Shown here one piece after another: positions 31,168-41,912 of a DNA stretch of 61,706 nt. The translations under genes were made by a program, and so were the position numbers. Position 1 is the first letter of the stretch, and each line of letters starts with the position of its first letter. The DNA comes from an uncultured Bacilli bacterium (lineage in GTDB: Bacteria; Bacillota_I; Bacilli_A; RF39; UBA660): contig CANQQR010000004.1 of assembly GCA_947626035.1 (NCBI GenBank), forward strand, positions 1-61,706, given 5' to 3'. Below the pieces are notes generated by a model, which did no database searches, was not told the DNA's origin, and saw nothing but the letters and a program-made list of their open reading frames with translations.

Positions 31168-31746
31168 CTAATTACTTTTTCTTGTAAAACCAAAAAAACA
31201 AAACACCAAAACCACTAAATAAAACGAAACCCCTTTATAACCAGTAAAAACTGATACATAACTAACTAAATTATACAACTGATGCATCATAACAGAGTAC
31301 CAAATATTTTTCTTTCTCAAATAAACAATAGTCAAAACACATCCCATAACAAATATAAAAGCACTTTCTATAAAATTAACATTATGTAAAAAAGCAAAAA
31401 TCAAATTAACAACCACTATAGAAATAAAATAATACTTCTTACTAACAAATCTAAAAGGAACATACCTAAAAAAATACTCTTCTATAAACGGAATAAACAA
31501 ACTATTAAATAACACACCAAGCAAAACAGAAAAACTAAACTCTAAAGAATTTACCTCTATAAACCCACTTCTTTCTAACAAAACCTTAAAAATCATACAT
31601 ATAGAAGTAAAAGTTAAACTATATAAAACAATATCTAAAAAATTAAAATTAAACCTAGACTTAACACGAAATCCATTATTAAAAAACTTCTTTTCTAAAT
31701 ACCAAATAAATATAATTAACAAAATAATTGATACCACATAATACAT
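31168..31746 (-). CDS. CPBP-family intramembrane metalloprotease
   Basis: EEYFFRYVPF (EExxxR), FAFLH (FxxxH), HQLYN (HxxxN). Confidence 0.75.
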   Translation of the reverse strand: MYYVVSIILLIIFIWYLEKKFFNNGFRVKSRFNFNFLDIVLYSLTFTSICMIFKVLLERSGFIEVNSLEFSFSVLLGVLFNSLFIPFIEEYFFRYVPFRFVSKKYYFISIVVVNLIFAFLHNVNFIESAFIFVMGCVLTIVYLRKKNIWYSVMMHQLYNLVSYVSVFTGYKGVSFYLVVLVFCFFGFTRKSN

Positions 31747-31750
31747 CTAC

Positions 31751-33832
31751 CTACACCTCGATTTTTTTAAGACTCTTATGATTTTTAGCAAGTTGCTTAA
31801 TACCATCTTTAAACCCAAATGCTACAGTAACTAAAGACCCATCAACCTTAACAACAACACCCTCGCCATACTTATCATGAATAACCTTATCTCCTACACT
31901 CATATCTTCATTTCTACCACTCTCATACATTCCTTTACCATCTATACATGTAGTACTAACATCATTACTAATAATCAAATCAGAATCAATCTCTTTAATA
32001 AACCTACTAGGCAAATTCATACTAGTCTTGCCAAACAAAGTTCTTCTCTTAGTATTAAGTAAAAACAAATTCTTCCTAGCCCTTGTAATACCTACATAAC
32101 ATAATCTTCTCTCTTCCTCTAACTCACTTTCACTCTCATAACTTCTACTATGTGGAAATATTCCCTCTTCAAGTCCAACCAAAAATACATTATCAAACTC
32201 TAACCCTTTCGCACTATGTAAAGTCATAAGAGTAACACCATTCTCTACTTCCTTATAATCAGACTTATCACTAACTAAACTAATATTCTCCAAAAACTCT
32301 TCTAAACTATAAATACCCTTCTCTTCAAAAGCCAAAGTAATACTCTTAAACTCCTCCAAATTCTCAAGTCTTATCTCACTTTCCAAACTATTTTGCTCTT
32401 CTAACTCTTTTCTAATACCAGACTTATCAAGTATCAAATCAACAAGCCCACTCAAATTAGTATTTTTAGCTTCCTCTATCAAACTAAGAATAAGACTCTT
32501 AAACTCTAACTCTTTACCACTACTAATAACATTAAACATACTAGTATCACTAACACTAGCTAAAGTCCTAAGCTTACTAACAGTCTTAGACCCAATACCC
32601 CTTTTAGGAACATTAATAATCCTCTCTAAACTAACATCATCACTAGTATTATAAATCAAATTCATATAAGAAATTAAATCCTTAATCTCTTTTCTATTAT
32701 AGAAAAAATAACTACCAACTATCTTAAACGGAATATTCTCCTTTAAAAAACATTCCTCAATAACACGTGACTGTCCATTAGTCCTATACAAAACAGCAAT
32801 CTCATGTGCTTCTTCTCCACTACTAATTAACTTCCTTACCTCTTTAACAACAGTCCTTGCTTCCTCAAGTTCATTATCACACCTAATATAATTAATCTTA
32901 CTACCATCTCCATTACTACTCCATAAATTCTTCTCTTTCCTCTCCCTATTATTCTTAATAACACTATTAGCAGCCTTTAAAATATTATTAGTACTTCTAT
33001 AATTCTCATTCAAAACAATAACCTTAGCATCAACATAATCCTTTTCAAAATTCATAACATTCATATAATTAGCAAACCTAAAAGAATAAATAGATTGGTC
33101 CATATCGCCAACTACAAAAATATTCCTATATTTACTAGTCAAAGTCTTACACAAATCATACTGAACCATATTAGTATCTTGATACTCATCAACCAAAACA
33201 TACTTATAATGCTCCATATACTTTTCAAGAACTTCCTTACTCTTCTTAAAAATCTTAAGAGGCAAAATAAGTAAATCATCAAAATCCACACTATTATTCC
33301 TCTTCAAACTCTCATTATACATCTCATAAATCTTAATAACAGCACAGTCGACTGGTCCTTTCATAAACTTCTCATACTCACTAGGACTAAGCCCCTCATT
33401 CTTAGCAAAACTAATCTTATTTAAAACATACTTAACAGGCACCTCTTCACTACTCAAATTAAGCTCCTTTAAAAACCTCTTAACCAAAGAAGTAGTATCA
33501 TCCCTATCTAAAATAGTAATATTCTTTTTATAACCAATAACCTCTGCATTCTCTCTTAAAACCTTTAACCCAAAAGAATGAAAAGTTCCAATAAAAATAC
33601 TATCAGCAACTTCTCCTAAAGAATTCCTAACCCTCTCTCTCATCTCTCTTGCAGCCTTATTAGTAAAAGTAATAGCAAGAATATTTTGTGGTCTTACACC
33701 CTTTTCAATCAAATTAACAATCCTTAAAGTTAAAACCCTAGTCTTACCACTACCAGCACCTGCTAAAACTAAACAAGGCCCATCTTCATGCATAACTGCT
33801 TCCTTTTGTCTATCATTTAATTTATCAAACAT
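31751..33832 (-). CDS. pcrA: ATP-dependent DNA helicase PcrA (UvrD family)
   Basis: LNDRQKEAV, LAGAGSGKTRVLT, VDEYQDTN, TLHSAKGLEF, VGITRA. ATG 33832 behind AGGAAG. Confidence 0.93.
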   Translation of the reverse strand: MFDKLNDRQKEAVMHEDGPCLVLAGAGSGKTRVLTLRIVNLIEKGVRPQNILAITFTNKAAREMRERVRNSLGEVADSIFIGTFHSFGLKVLRENAEVIGYKKNITILDRDDTTSLVKRFLKELNLSSEEVPVKYVLNKISFAKNEGLSPSEYEKFMKGPVDCAVIKIYEMYNESLKRNNSVDFDDLLILPLKIFKKSKEVLEKYMEHYKYVLVDEYQDTNMVQYDLCKTLTSKYRNIFVVGDMDQSIYSFRFANYMNVMNFEKDYVDAKVIVLNENYRSTNNILKAANSVIKNNRERKEKNLWSSNGDGSKINYIRCDNELEEARTVVKEVRKLISSGEEAHEIAVLYRTNGQSRVIEECFLKENIPFKIVGSYFFYNRKEIKDLISYMNLIYNTSDDVSLERIINVPKRGIGSKTVSKLRTLASVSDTSMFNVISSGKELEFKSLILSLIEEAKNTNLSGLVDLILDKSGIRKELEEQNSLESEIRLENLEEFKSITLAFEEKGIYSLEEFLENISLVSDKSDYKEVENGVTLMTLHSAKGLEFDNVFLVGLEEGIFPHSRSYESESELEEERRLCYVGITRARKNLFLLNTKRRTLFGKTSMNLPSRFIKEIDSDLIISNDVSTTCIDGKGMYESGRNEDMSVGDKVIHDKYGEGVVVKVDGSLVTVAFGFKDGIKQLAKNHKSLKKIEV

Positions 33833-33918
33833 AATTAACACTTCCTAACCAATAATAATATTATAAACTAAAACAATCACAAAAAAAAGAAAACATAGTC
33901 TATTTAACTATATTTCTT

Positions 33919-36504
33919 TTACTTATCATAAATAATATCAACAACTTTTGACCTAGTAATCTTAATTATTGGAATTACTGAAGAAACAAATGTAATAACA
34001 ACTGCTAAAACAATAACATAAATAATCACATTAGGATTAAACATTATAGGTTCAATTTTATAAAATAGCGACTTAGAAATAATCTTATTAACAATAGAAA
34101 CACCAAAATAACATATCAAACTTGAAAACGCTACACTTAAAATAGATATCAAAAAACTTTCTAAATAAAATATCTTATAAACATCTAAATTCTTAGCCCC
34201 AAGTGCTTTCAAAATTCCAATATCTTTCTTATTCTTAGTAATACTAGTCACAATAAAATTAGTAAGAAGTATAACACTAAAAACTAAAAATCCACCTGAC
34301 ACATATAAAGAAATTTTTTCTAACTTACCAACTGTCTTCTTAATTATATTAATAGAACTAGAAAACACAGTACTACTAACATAATTACTTCCATCACTAT
34401 AAGTCCTAAAAATATCAGTAAGCTTATCTTTATCACTTTCTATAACAAATATCTTCATAACTTCCCTATTATCTCTCATATAAGGCTTTAATACATTATA
34501 AGAAACATAAGAACCTAAATCAGTAAAATCAACACCCACCACTTTAAAATTAAAAGTATGTGTTTTTTCACTACCAAACCTATTATATAAATCATTCACA
34601 GTAATCGTTACATACTTTCCTATAATATCTCTATTTTTAACATAATTAGTATAATACTCTATCTGAGCATCCTCTAAAGACATATAAGAAATATGACTTT
34701 TTAAAAATTCCATATACTCTTTATTCTTTTCTTCCGTATTATCTTCTGGAAATATCTTATACAAATCACTTGCAGAAAGAATAATCTCATCATCCTTTAA
34801 ATTAACATCATTAATAAGCCCATTTTCATTAAACATATAAAATTTTTTAACACCCATACTAGAATAAAGAGAAAACAAATTTTCATCATAAGCGCCAAAA
34901 TCCGATATATAAAAACTATCTTCGCCATAAATCAATTTATTCTTAAAAAGACTCAAATCAAAAGAAGAATTTAAAGGCAAATCTAAATTATCATAAAAAT
35001 TTACAGGCACTATCACTTCATTTAATTTCTTTGAATATTTAGATTTAAACTCATCATATAACTTACTAGGATTAACTAAAATATCGTCATATAATATCTT
35101 CTTCAAACTATCATACTTACTCATATCTTCGTCAACTATTCCACTAATCACTAAATATCTATCAATAGACAAAAATATCTTTACCTTATCATTTACTATT
35201 TCTTCATAACTATTAGGCTTATAATAATAACTATCAAGCATTCCATCCTTTAAAGTAGTAATAGATAAACCATTAGAAATTATATAATCTGCAGTAACCT
35301 TATTAATTAAAATTTCTCCTTTTTCTTTAGGAACATTACCAATAATTTTTAACTTTTCAATATCACTAATATTATATTCAAGAAAATAAATATCGTCAGT
35401 ACTTAATTGATAATAAGCATACTGATTATATTTATAAGTATCATAATCAAATGAAAAATAACTATTATTTAAAACTAATTTACTAGACAAATAATACTTA
35501 CTCTTTAAATTATTAGTAACACTGATAATCTCTTCACTAGTAAAACTTTTAGCAGGATGCTTATCACTTAACTGTTTACCATCCACCCCTTTGGAAATCT
35601 CCACCCTATTTTCATTCTCTCTTACCATCGCATCCGCATGCATTAAAGGTACATCAAACTTAGTAAAAAGCGAAGTAAAAGCAAAAATACTAAGTGAAAC
35701 AGTAACAATAAAAGAAGTAATCAAAACTCGCAAACTTCTCTTCTTTAAATTCTTAAAAGCATAAGAAAAAGACTTAAATAACGATAATCTAGAAGACTTT
35801 ACCTTAATTTCACTCATATCGTCCAAAGTATCTCTAAACACCCTATCTTCTATAACACACCCATCTTTTAACTCAATAATTCTATCTGCATAAGTAGTTG
35901 CATACTCTAAATCATGTGTAGCTACAATAACTAATCTTTCTTTAGAAATATTTTTCAAAATATTAAATATAGATATACTATTTTCTGAATCCAAATTTCC
36001 AGTAGGCTCATCCGCTAAAATAATATTAGGATTTTTAATAATCGCACGTGCTATCGCAACACGTTGCTTTTGTCCTCCAGACAACTCATTAATATTCCTA
36101 TTCCCTAAATTTTCTAAATCTAACCCTTTTAAAATCTCATTTATAAACTTCTTATTAACTTTCTTTCTCTGTAAACTAAGAGCAAGTTCCATATTTTTAC
36201 TAACCGAATAATTTAAAATTAAATTATAATCTTGAAAAACAAAACCAATACAAGTATTTCTATACTTATCTAACTTACTCTTACTTAACTTAGTCAAATC
36301 TTTATTATTTAAAACAACAGAACCAGAAGTAGGTTTATCTAAAAGTCCAATCAAATTAAGAAGAGTAGACTTTCCACTTCCACTTTTACCTACTAAAAAC
36401 ACTAAACCTTTAGTATTAAAACTTAAATTAATATCATTTAATGCAGTAGTTTTAACACCTTTCTTAGGCTTATAAACTTTTCTAACATTCCTAAGTTCTA
36501 ACAT
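33919..36504 (-). CDS. fused ABC transporter ATP-binding protein/FtsX-like permease (MacB type)
   Basis: [37 protein letters not shown]. Large extracytoplasmic region flanked by TM segments, with a C-terminal FtsX-like 3-TM bundle. Confidence 0.8.
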   Translation of the reverse strand: MLELRNVRKVYKPKKGVKTTALNDINLSFNTKGLVFLVGKSGSGKSTLLNLIGLLDKPTSGSVVLNNKDLTKLSKSKLDKYRNTCIGFVFQDYNLILNYSVSKNMELALSLQRKKVNKKFINEILKGLDLENLGNRNINELSGGQKQRVAIARAIIKNPNIILADEPTGNLDSENSISIFNILKNISKERLVIVATHDLEYATTYADRIIELKDGCVIEDRVFRDTLDDMSEIKVKSSRLSLFKSFSYAFKNLKKRSLRVLITSFIVTVSLSIFAFTSLFTKFDVPLMHADAMVRENENRVEISKGVDGKQLSDKHPAKSFTSEEIISVTNNLKSKYYLSSKLVLNNSYFSFDYDTYKYNQYAYYQLSTDDIYFLEYNISDIEKLKIIGNVPKEKGEILINKVTADYIISNGLSITTLKDGMLDSYYYKPNSYEEIVNDKVKIFLSIDRYLVISGIVDEDMSKYDSLKKILYDDILVNPSKLYDEFKSKYSKKLNEVIVPVNFYDNLDLPLNSSFDLSLFKNKLIYGEDSFYISDFGAYDENLFSLYSSMGVKKFYMFNENGLINDVNLKDDEIILSASDLYKIFPEDNTEEKNKEYMEFLKSHISYMSLEDAQIEYYTNYVKNRDIIGKYVTITVNDLYNRFGSEKTHTFNFKVVGVDFTDLGSYVSYNVLKPYMRDNREVMKIFVIESDKDKLTDIFRTYSDGSNYVSSTVFSSSINIIKKTVGKLEKISLYVSGGFLVFSVILLTNFIVTSITKNKKDIGILKALGAKNLDVYKIFYLESFLISILSVAFSSLICYFGVSIVNKIISKSLFYKIEPIMFNPNVIIYVIVLAVVITFVSSVIPIIKITRSKVVDIIYDK

Positions 36505-36580
36505 AATATCTCCTTACAACCCCTAATATAAAACAAGTTTATCACTCTTTTAAAAAGACTTCAACAAAAAAAAGAAACTA

Positions 36581-36874
36581 TTAATCTATCTTAATAATAA
36601 TTTCTCCATCTTTACTATATAAATACTTCTCCCTTGCATACCTAGCAATATACTCATCATCCTGTAACTTCTCTATCTCACTCTTTAAAATCTCTTCTTC
36701 TTCCAAAATAGATGCATACTTTAAATCTAGCTCTTTTTTCTCTTTAATATTAGAATAAATATTAGACCAATACCTAAACATATTACTAACAAAAAAAGCC
36801 AGTAACGGAATAAAAACCAAAATAAGTACAGTAATTCTTCTCTTATCTCCTTTAGTAACTTTTCTCACACTCAT
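36581..36874 (-). CDS. divIC: septum formation initiator (DivIC/FtsB family)
   Basis: Single TM, a coiled coil, then DDEYIARYAREKYLYSKDGEIII. Follows yabP-yabQ as in Bacillus. Start taken at MSVRK. Confidence 0.75.
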   Translation of the reverse strand: MSVRKVTKGDKRRITVLILVFIPLLAFFVSNMFRYWSNIYSNIKEKKELDLKYASILEEEEILKSEIEKLQDDEYIARYAREKYLYSKDGEIIIKID

Positions 36875-36948
36875 CCACCTTATATTAATAGTACCACAAC
36901 AATTCCGTATTGTATAGCTATTTAATAAAAACACATGTAAACCAAAAA

Positions 36949-37248
36949 TCAACTTTTCTTACTTAACTTAATAAAATCCCTCATAAACTTATACTTACTA
37001 ACAAACAAAGAAAAACCTAACAAAAACGAAAATAAAAAATAAATGTGAATAACCCCAAAATTAATAACCTTAATAAGCAAAAAATAAAGTAAAGCACCAT
37101 TAACACAAAACAAAATGTTAATAACTATCTTATAAAGAATAGAAGTATTATAAATAAAATTATAATTTAAATTAAACAAATAACTAAAAACAACACCATA
37201 AATAAAAGAAAAAAGTAAACTCAAAACCTGTGTATCAAGACTCATCAC
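36949..37248 (-). CDS. yabQ: spore cortex biosynthesis protein YabQ-like membrane protein
   Basis: 99-aa polytopic protein directly downstream of, and overlapping, yabP. Confidence 0.6.
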   Translation of the reverse strand: MMSLDTQVLSLLFSFIYGVVFSYLFNLNYNFIYNTSILYKIVINILFCVNGALLYFLLIKVINFGVIHIYFLFSFLLGFSLFVSKYKFMRDFIKLSKKS

Positions 37249-37544
37249 TTAAATAACTTAGAAATCATACCACTCTTAATTGACTTCTTCCCCTCACTAT
37301 CTAAATAATTCAAACTAGAAATCTTACCCTTAATAGAAAGTGTACCTTGAAAAGTATCTAACTTAATAAGCTCTAAATTCTCTCCCTTAATTAATATATA
37401 CCCCATAACACTATCTAAAAAAAACTCTTTACTATCAAAATTATCTAGCCTTTTAACACCAGTTAAAATAATACTTTTTCTCTCATTTATAGAAACAGCA
37501 TGCGTAAGTGATTCATAACTACCTTGTTTGTCCATAACATTCAC
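37245..37544 (-). CDS. yabP: sporulation protein YabP
   Basis: HAVSINERKSIILTGVKRLDNFDSKEFFLDSVMGYILIKGENLELIKLD..GTLSIKGKISSL matches the YabP/YqfC pattern. Confidence 0.75.
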   Translation of the reverse strand: MNVMDKQGSYESLTHAVSINERKSIILTGVKRLDNFDSKEFFLDSVMGYILIKGENLELIKLDTFQGTLSIKGKISSLNYLDSEGKKSIKSGMISKLFK

Positions 37545-37585
37545 CCAGTAATTTATATGTTAATAACTCCTAATTTATACACAAC

Positions 37586-38008
37586 TTAAGAAATATATTT
37601 AGAAATAACACTTTTTAACTTACTTCCATCAACATAATAAAGTCTTTCTTCTTTCCCATCTAAACCAATACTAACTAAATAATCCTTACTAAACTCTTCC
37701 TTAATCAAATTAACAGTAGCCATCAAAATATTATCACTATTACAAAAACGAAGACTATAAAAATACCCCTCTAAACTAGTCTTATTACTAACTGACTCTT
37801 TACTAGCCTTAATAATATCTTTAAGTTCACTTACCTCTTTTTCTTTATCTATAGTAGTCATATTTCCATTACTTTCTAATATAACATAAGAAGTATCATC
37901 AAAAACACTAGAAACACTCTTACTAATATCATCTCCTATATCACTACTCTTACAACCAACTAAAACAAAAGAAACAACCAAAATTACCCCAAATAACTTT
38001 TTAAACAT
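37586..38008 (-). CDS. putative lipoprotein
   Basis: Signal peptide with lipobox VLVGC. Confidence 0.55.
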   Translation of the reverse strand: MFKKLFGVILVVSFVLVGCKSSDIGDDISKSVSSVFDDTSYVILESNGNMTTIDKEKEVSELKDIIKASKESVSNKTSLEGYFYSLRFCNSDNILMATVNLIKEEFSKDYLVSIGLDGKEERLYYVDGSKLKSVISKYIS

Positions 38009-38059
38009 AATCTTCCTCCAATAATACTAAAAAAGTTCTACTTATGTAGAACCTTTAAA

Positions 38060-38353
38060 TTATTCCTCTTCTGAAGTTGATGTAGTCTCTGTTGTATCAT
38101 CAGCATTAGCATAAGCGTCTAAAATTGCTTTCTCAAACATACTACGAACTTCTTGACTAATTGGATGTGCTATATCTCTATAACCACCTGTACTAGTTTT
38201 TCTACTAGGCATAGCTATAAATAATCCTTTAGTCCCTTCAATAATTCTAATATCATGTACTGCAAACTCATCATCTAATAATACAGATGCAATACCTTTC
38301 ATACGAGAGTCTTCTTTCTCTACCTTACGAATGCTTACGTTAGTTATTTTCAT
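38060..38353 (-). CDS. spoVG: septation protein SpoVG
   Basis: MKITNVSIRKV..MKGIASVLLDDEFAVHDIRIIEG..GLFIAMPSRKT..YRDIAHPI. Confidence 0.95.
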   Translation of the reverse strand: MKITNVSIRKVEKEDSRMKGIASVLLDDEFAVHDIRIIEGTKGLFIAMPSRKTSTGGYRDIAHPISQEVRSMFEKAILDAYANADDTTETTSTSEEE

Positions 38354-38410
38354 ATCTTTTCCTCCTTGTTAAACTCTACACATTAATTATAAAACTTATT
38401 TATTTATAAA

Positions 38411-38629
38411 TCAAGAATTACTTAAACTTATCTGTATATCTTTTGTAAGAACATCTGAATAAGAAAAACTTTTAACAAAATTAACAGTACTAAAAGTAAA
38501 CAAACATGGATAAACCTTTAAAATTTCTCCCTCATAATACTCATACTTATTTCTTCCAACATTCACTTTAATCCTAACCCTTTTACCAATAATCTTCTCT
38601 AACTCATTCTTAATTTTCTCTATATTCAT
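38411..38629 (-). CDS. veg: Veg protein
   Basis: 72 aa. IKNELEKIIGKRVRIKVNVGRNKYEYYEGEILKVYPCLF..SFSYSDVLT. Synteny with yabG and rsmA. Confidence 0.85.
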   Translation of the reverse strand: MNIEKIKNELEKIIGKRVRIKVNVGRNKYEYYEGEILKVYPCLFTFSTVNFVKSFSYSDVLTKDIQISLSNS

Positions 38630-39399
38630 GCATCCTCATTTCTAGGGTAACCAACATACATAGTACCCTTACACTTTAATCCACCCATCCCATCATGTCC
38701 ATACTTAGTCTTAGACAAAAGATTAAGTAAATCAATATCTTTACTCCTATCTAACAAACTAAGTGACGTTGCAATAATCGCAGGATCCAAAGCATGAATA
38801 TTTATTCTCTTAGGACTAGAAGCAAAAGTAGCACCACTCTTTATAAGCTCTTCATAATTACTCTGACACGCTCCCGCAATTATAATAAGTTTATCACTTG
38901 ACTTCTCAAACTTCCTTGCAACACTAACAGCCTTACAAAAACTCTCACTATTCTTATAATCACTATTAGAGTTCTCCCTAGCCTTATGATAAGCATCATG
39001 TCCAGTAATAATCAAAATATCAGGGTTATACTGATTCAAAAACTTAGGTAGCTCTTTATAAATCTCACTTTCCTTAACACACTTACCATATGCTAAAACA
39101 TTATTCTTTTTATAAAAATCCATACACCTACTTAAATAAGACTTATCAGCATCAATATGTAACACTTTCCCAGGTAAATAAAAATACTCATTCCTATCTA
39201 AATTCAAATCAATAAGAGGACAAAAATCATCTTTCATCTTACCCCTATCACAAACAACCAAATCTTGAATAGGCGCATCAGCACTTAACCTAACAAAAGC
39301 ACCCTTTAAATAACAAACATTACCTATAACACCTGTAACCTCAAAAACAATATCATTTGAATAACTCTTCCTAGTAACATAATCCCCCGTGTTAATCAT
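38626..39399 (-). CDS. yabG: sporulation-specific peptidase YabG
   Basis: GDYVTRKSYSNDIVFEV..LKGAFVRLSADAPIQDL.., ILIITGHDAY. Start at ATG 39399 (AGGGGG SD) rather than the ORF-track 39483. Confidence 0.85.
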   Translation of the reverse strand: MINTGDYVTRKSYSNDIVFEVTGVIGNVCYLKGAFVRLSADAPIQDLVVCDRGKMKDDFCPLIDLNLDRNEYFYLPGKVLHIDADKSYLSRCMDFYKKNNVLAYGKCVKESEIYKELPKFLNQYNPDILIITGHDAYHKARENSNSDYKNSESFCKAVSVARKFEKSSDKLIIIAGACQSNYEELIKSGATFASSPKRINIHALDPAIIATSLSLLDRSKDIDLLNLLSKTKYGHDGMGGLKCKGTMYVGYPRNEDA

Positions 39400-39451
39400 A
39401 AAATAACCCCCTAAATAAATATATGAAAAACTAAATAAAACATGAAAAAAA

Positions 39452-40243
39452 CTAACTACATAAATAGTTAGCCACAAACACAAAATCCAAAACCGTCAAC
39501 TGTTCAGCCCTATAAGTCAAATCTTTCCCAATATTCCCTAATGCTTCACTTAACTTATCTAAATCATAACTACCCAAATTATTCCTTAAATTCTTTCTCT
39601 TATGCACAAAAGCATCCCTAACTAACTTAAAAAACAAATCTTCATCCTCTAAATAAAGCTTATCTTTTTTCCTAGTAAACTTAACCACAATACTATCAAC
39701 ATTAGGCTTAGGAACAAAAGAATTCCTACTAACATCAGTAACCTTAGTAATATCAAAATAATACTGTAAAAAAACAGACAAACTACTATAATCCTTAGTA
39801 TTAGGTAAAGCCTTAAACCTATTTCCAACTTCCTTTTGAACCATTATAATCATTTCATCAATACTAACCTCATTCATAACCTTATTTATAATAGGTGTAG
39901 TTATATAATAAGGTAAATTAGCAATCAAATGAACTTTCTTATACCTAAAATTAGACAAAATAAGCCCTAAATCAGCACTCAAAAAATCCCCAAAAACCAA
40001 AGTCAAATTATCATACTCTTTCTTAATCTCATTAAGTTTATCAGTAAGCCTACTATCTATCTCAAAAGAAATAACAGGCACACCTAAAAGAACTAATCTC
40101 TTAGTCAAACTTCCACTACCAGCACCAACCTCTATTATAAGAGAATCCTTTGTAATAGAAGATGCATTAATAATCTTATCTTTAATATTATTATCAATAA
40201 GAAAATTCTGTCCTAAACTTTTCTTAAAACTAAACTCACTCAT
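39452..40243 (-). CDS. rsmA: 16S rRNA (adenine1518/1519-N6)-dimethyltransferase
   Basis: FKKSLGQNFLIDNNI, IEVGAGSGSLT, NLPYYITTPI. Confidence 0.95.
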   Translation of the reverse strand: MSEFSFKKSLGQNFLIDNNIKDKIINASSITKDSLIIEVGAGSGSLTKRLVLLGVPVISFEIDSRLTDKLNEIKKEYDNLTLVFGDFLSADLGLILSNFRYKKVHLIANLPYYITTPIINKVMNEVSIDEMIIMVQKEVGNRFKALPNTKDYSSLSVFLQYYFDITKVTDVSRNSFVPKPNVDSIVVKFTRKKDKLYLEDEDLFFKLVRDAFVHKRKNLRNNLGSYDLDKLSEALGNIGKDLTYRAEQLTVLDFVFVANYLCS

Positions 40244-40857
40244 TAATTAAACCTATTCCCATAATATGCTATATAGTTTTCACTGTAACCATATGTCCCC
40301 CAAGACCTAAAACTATAATAATTATTATTTCTTACACCATTCAAAGCATCACTAACAACCTCTTCTACAAGATTAGTAGAAGACTTTAGTGACCCATCAT
40401 CATTTAAATACCTTAAATAATAACCATCAAAATAACCTGCAAACTGACCTGGACTAGTAACCACTTCTACTGGTGTCTTACCAGCATCACTTCTATTCAA
40501 AATAACACTCATAACAGCTAAAATATCATCCCTATTAGTATGACTCTCACTAGCCACAACAGCTATAAAGAAATTATAATCACTTGCTGGAATCTCATAC
40601 TTTCTATTATTATTAGTAACAACAAAACCCTTTTCAGGTAAACTAGTATACTTAGTTAACTCAGGATTTTCTTGTAAATAAATATCTTTCTTATTATCTT
40701 CTATAAGAGCGCGTTCAAGTGCTTTACTCTCATTTTCATTCTTTGTATTTAACACATCATAAACCACATTAGTTGTTCTTCCTAATGTAAAAATAATTAA
40801 AAATACAATAAATAATCTGGTATAAGTAAACCATTTCTTCGGTTTGTATACTTTCAT
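40243..40857 (-). CDS. cell wall hydrolase (SleB/CwlJ Hydrolase_2-like)
   Basis: N-terminal TM. FFIAVVASESHTNRDDILAVMSVILNRSD resembles the Hydrolase_2 core. Confidence 0.55.
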   Translation of the reverse strand: MKVYKPKKWFTYTRLFIVFLIIFTLGRTTNVVYDVLNTKNENESKALERALIEDNKKDIYLQENPELTKYTSLPEKGFVVTNNNRKYEIPASDYNFFIAVVASESHTNRDDILAVMSVILNRSDAGKTPVEVVTSPGQFAGYFDGYYLRYLNDDGSLKSSTNLVEEVVSDALNGVRNNNYYSFRSWGTYGYSENYIAYYGNRFN

Positions 40858-40903
40858 TTTTTTTACACTCTCCTAAACATAAAACATTATAACAAATTAA
40901 ATA

Positions 40904-41641
40904 CTATATGTCAAAAACGCGTCTTGCATTACTAGTAGTCACATCCATTACCACACTCTCATCCACCTCTAAAATAGAAGCAACTCTTTTAGCAATAATA
41001 GGTATATACTTACTCTCATTCCTTTTACCCCTATAAGGTTCAGGTGTCAAAAACGGAGCATCAGTTTCAAGGATAATTCTATCTAAACCAATTTGCTTAA
41101 TAACTTCATATAACTTAGAATTTTTAAAAGTTAAAACCCCACCAATACCTAAATAAAACCCCATCTTAATATACTCTCTTGCTACCTCAAGACTTCCACT
41201 AAAACAATGAATAACGCCTCTTACCTTATACTCTTTCAAAATATTAATAGTGTCCATAACTGCATCTCTAGAATGAATAACAACTGGTAAATTAGCTTTC
41301 TCTGCTAAAGACAAAAAACTTTTAAACACCTCTTTTTGCCTTTCCTTAGTATCAGTTCCATAATAATAATCAAGCCCAATTTCCCCAATAGCCTTAACCT
41401 TTTCATTACTAATCAAAGCTACAAACTTACTAATATCATTATCATAACTAAGAACATTTAAAGGATGCACCCCAACACATGAATAAACATTTAAAAAGCG
41501 TTCACTTAAACTAACGCTTTCCAAACTTGTATTATAATCTTCACTAGCATTAATAAGAATATTAACATTTGCCTTTCTAGCATTTTCAATATAATCAGAA
41601 GCTCCATCAGTATCTATATGACAATGAGTATCAATATACAT
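40904..41641 (-). CDS. tatD: TatD-family metal-dependent DNase/hydrolase
   Basis: MYIDTHCHID, AIGEIGLDYYY, PVVIHSRDA, GVIHCFSGS, ILETDAPFLTP. Confidence 0.92.
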   Translation of the reverse strand: MYIDTHCHIDTDGASDYIENARKANVNILINASEDYNTSLESVSLSERFLNVYSCVGVHPLNVLSYDNDISKFVALISNEKVKAIGEIGLDYYYGTDTKERQKEVFKSFLSLAEKANLPVVIHSRDAVMDTINILKEYKVRGVIHCFSGSLEVAREYIKMGFYLGIGGVLTFKNSKLYEVIKQIGLDRIILETDAPFLTPEPYRGKRNESKYIPIIAKRVASILEVDESVVMDVTTSNARRVFDI

Positions 41642-41662
41642 AAAAACACCTTCTTTCAAAAC

Positions 41663-41830
41663 TTAAACTGTAAAAAATCTAAATATCAAAATCACAAAAC
41701 CAACAGGAAACACAACATCAGTAAAGTTATGTATGCCTAAACTAATAAAATAAGTAAGAACAACACTTGATACTAAACACATTTTTACTACATTTTTAAA
41801 TTCTCTACTTCTAAAATCACATATTCTCAT
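41663..41830 (-). CDS. possible 55-aa small membrane protein
   Basis: ATG 41830 to TAA 41663-41665. One TM-like stretch. The G/T-rich coding strand resembles neighbouring core genes. Below the ORF-track cut-off. Confidence 0.25.
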   Translation of the reverse strand: MRICDFRSREFKNVVKMCLVSSVVLTYFISLGIHNFTDVVFPVGFVILIFRFFTV

Positions 41831-41912
41831 AAAAATCACTATTACATTTTAACAACTTAAAAAGTACTTTTCTACAATATCGACAAAATTAGTTAATATT
41901 TGACAGTAACTT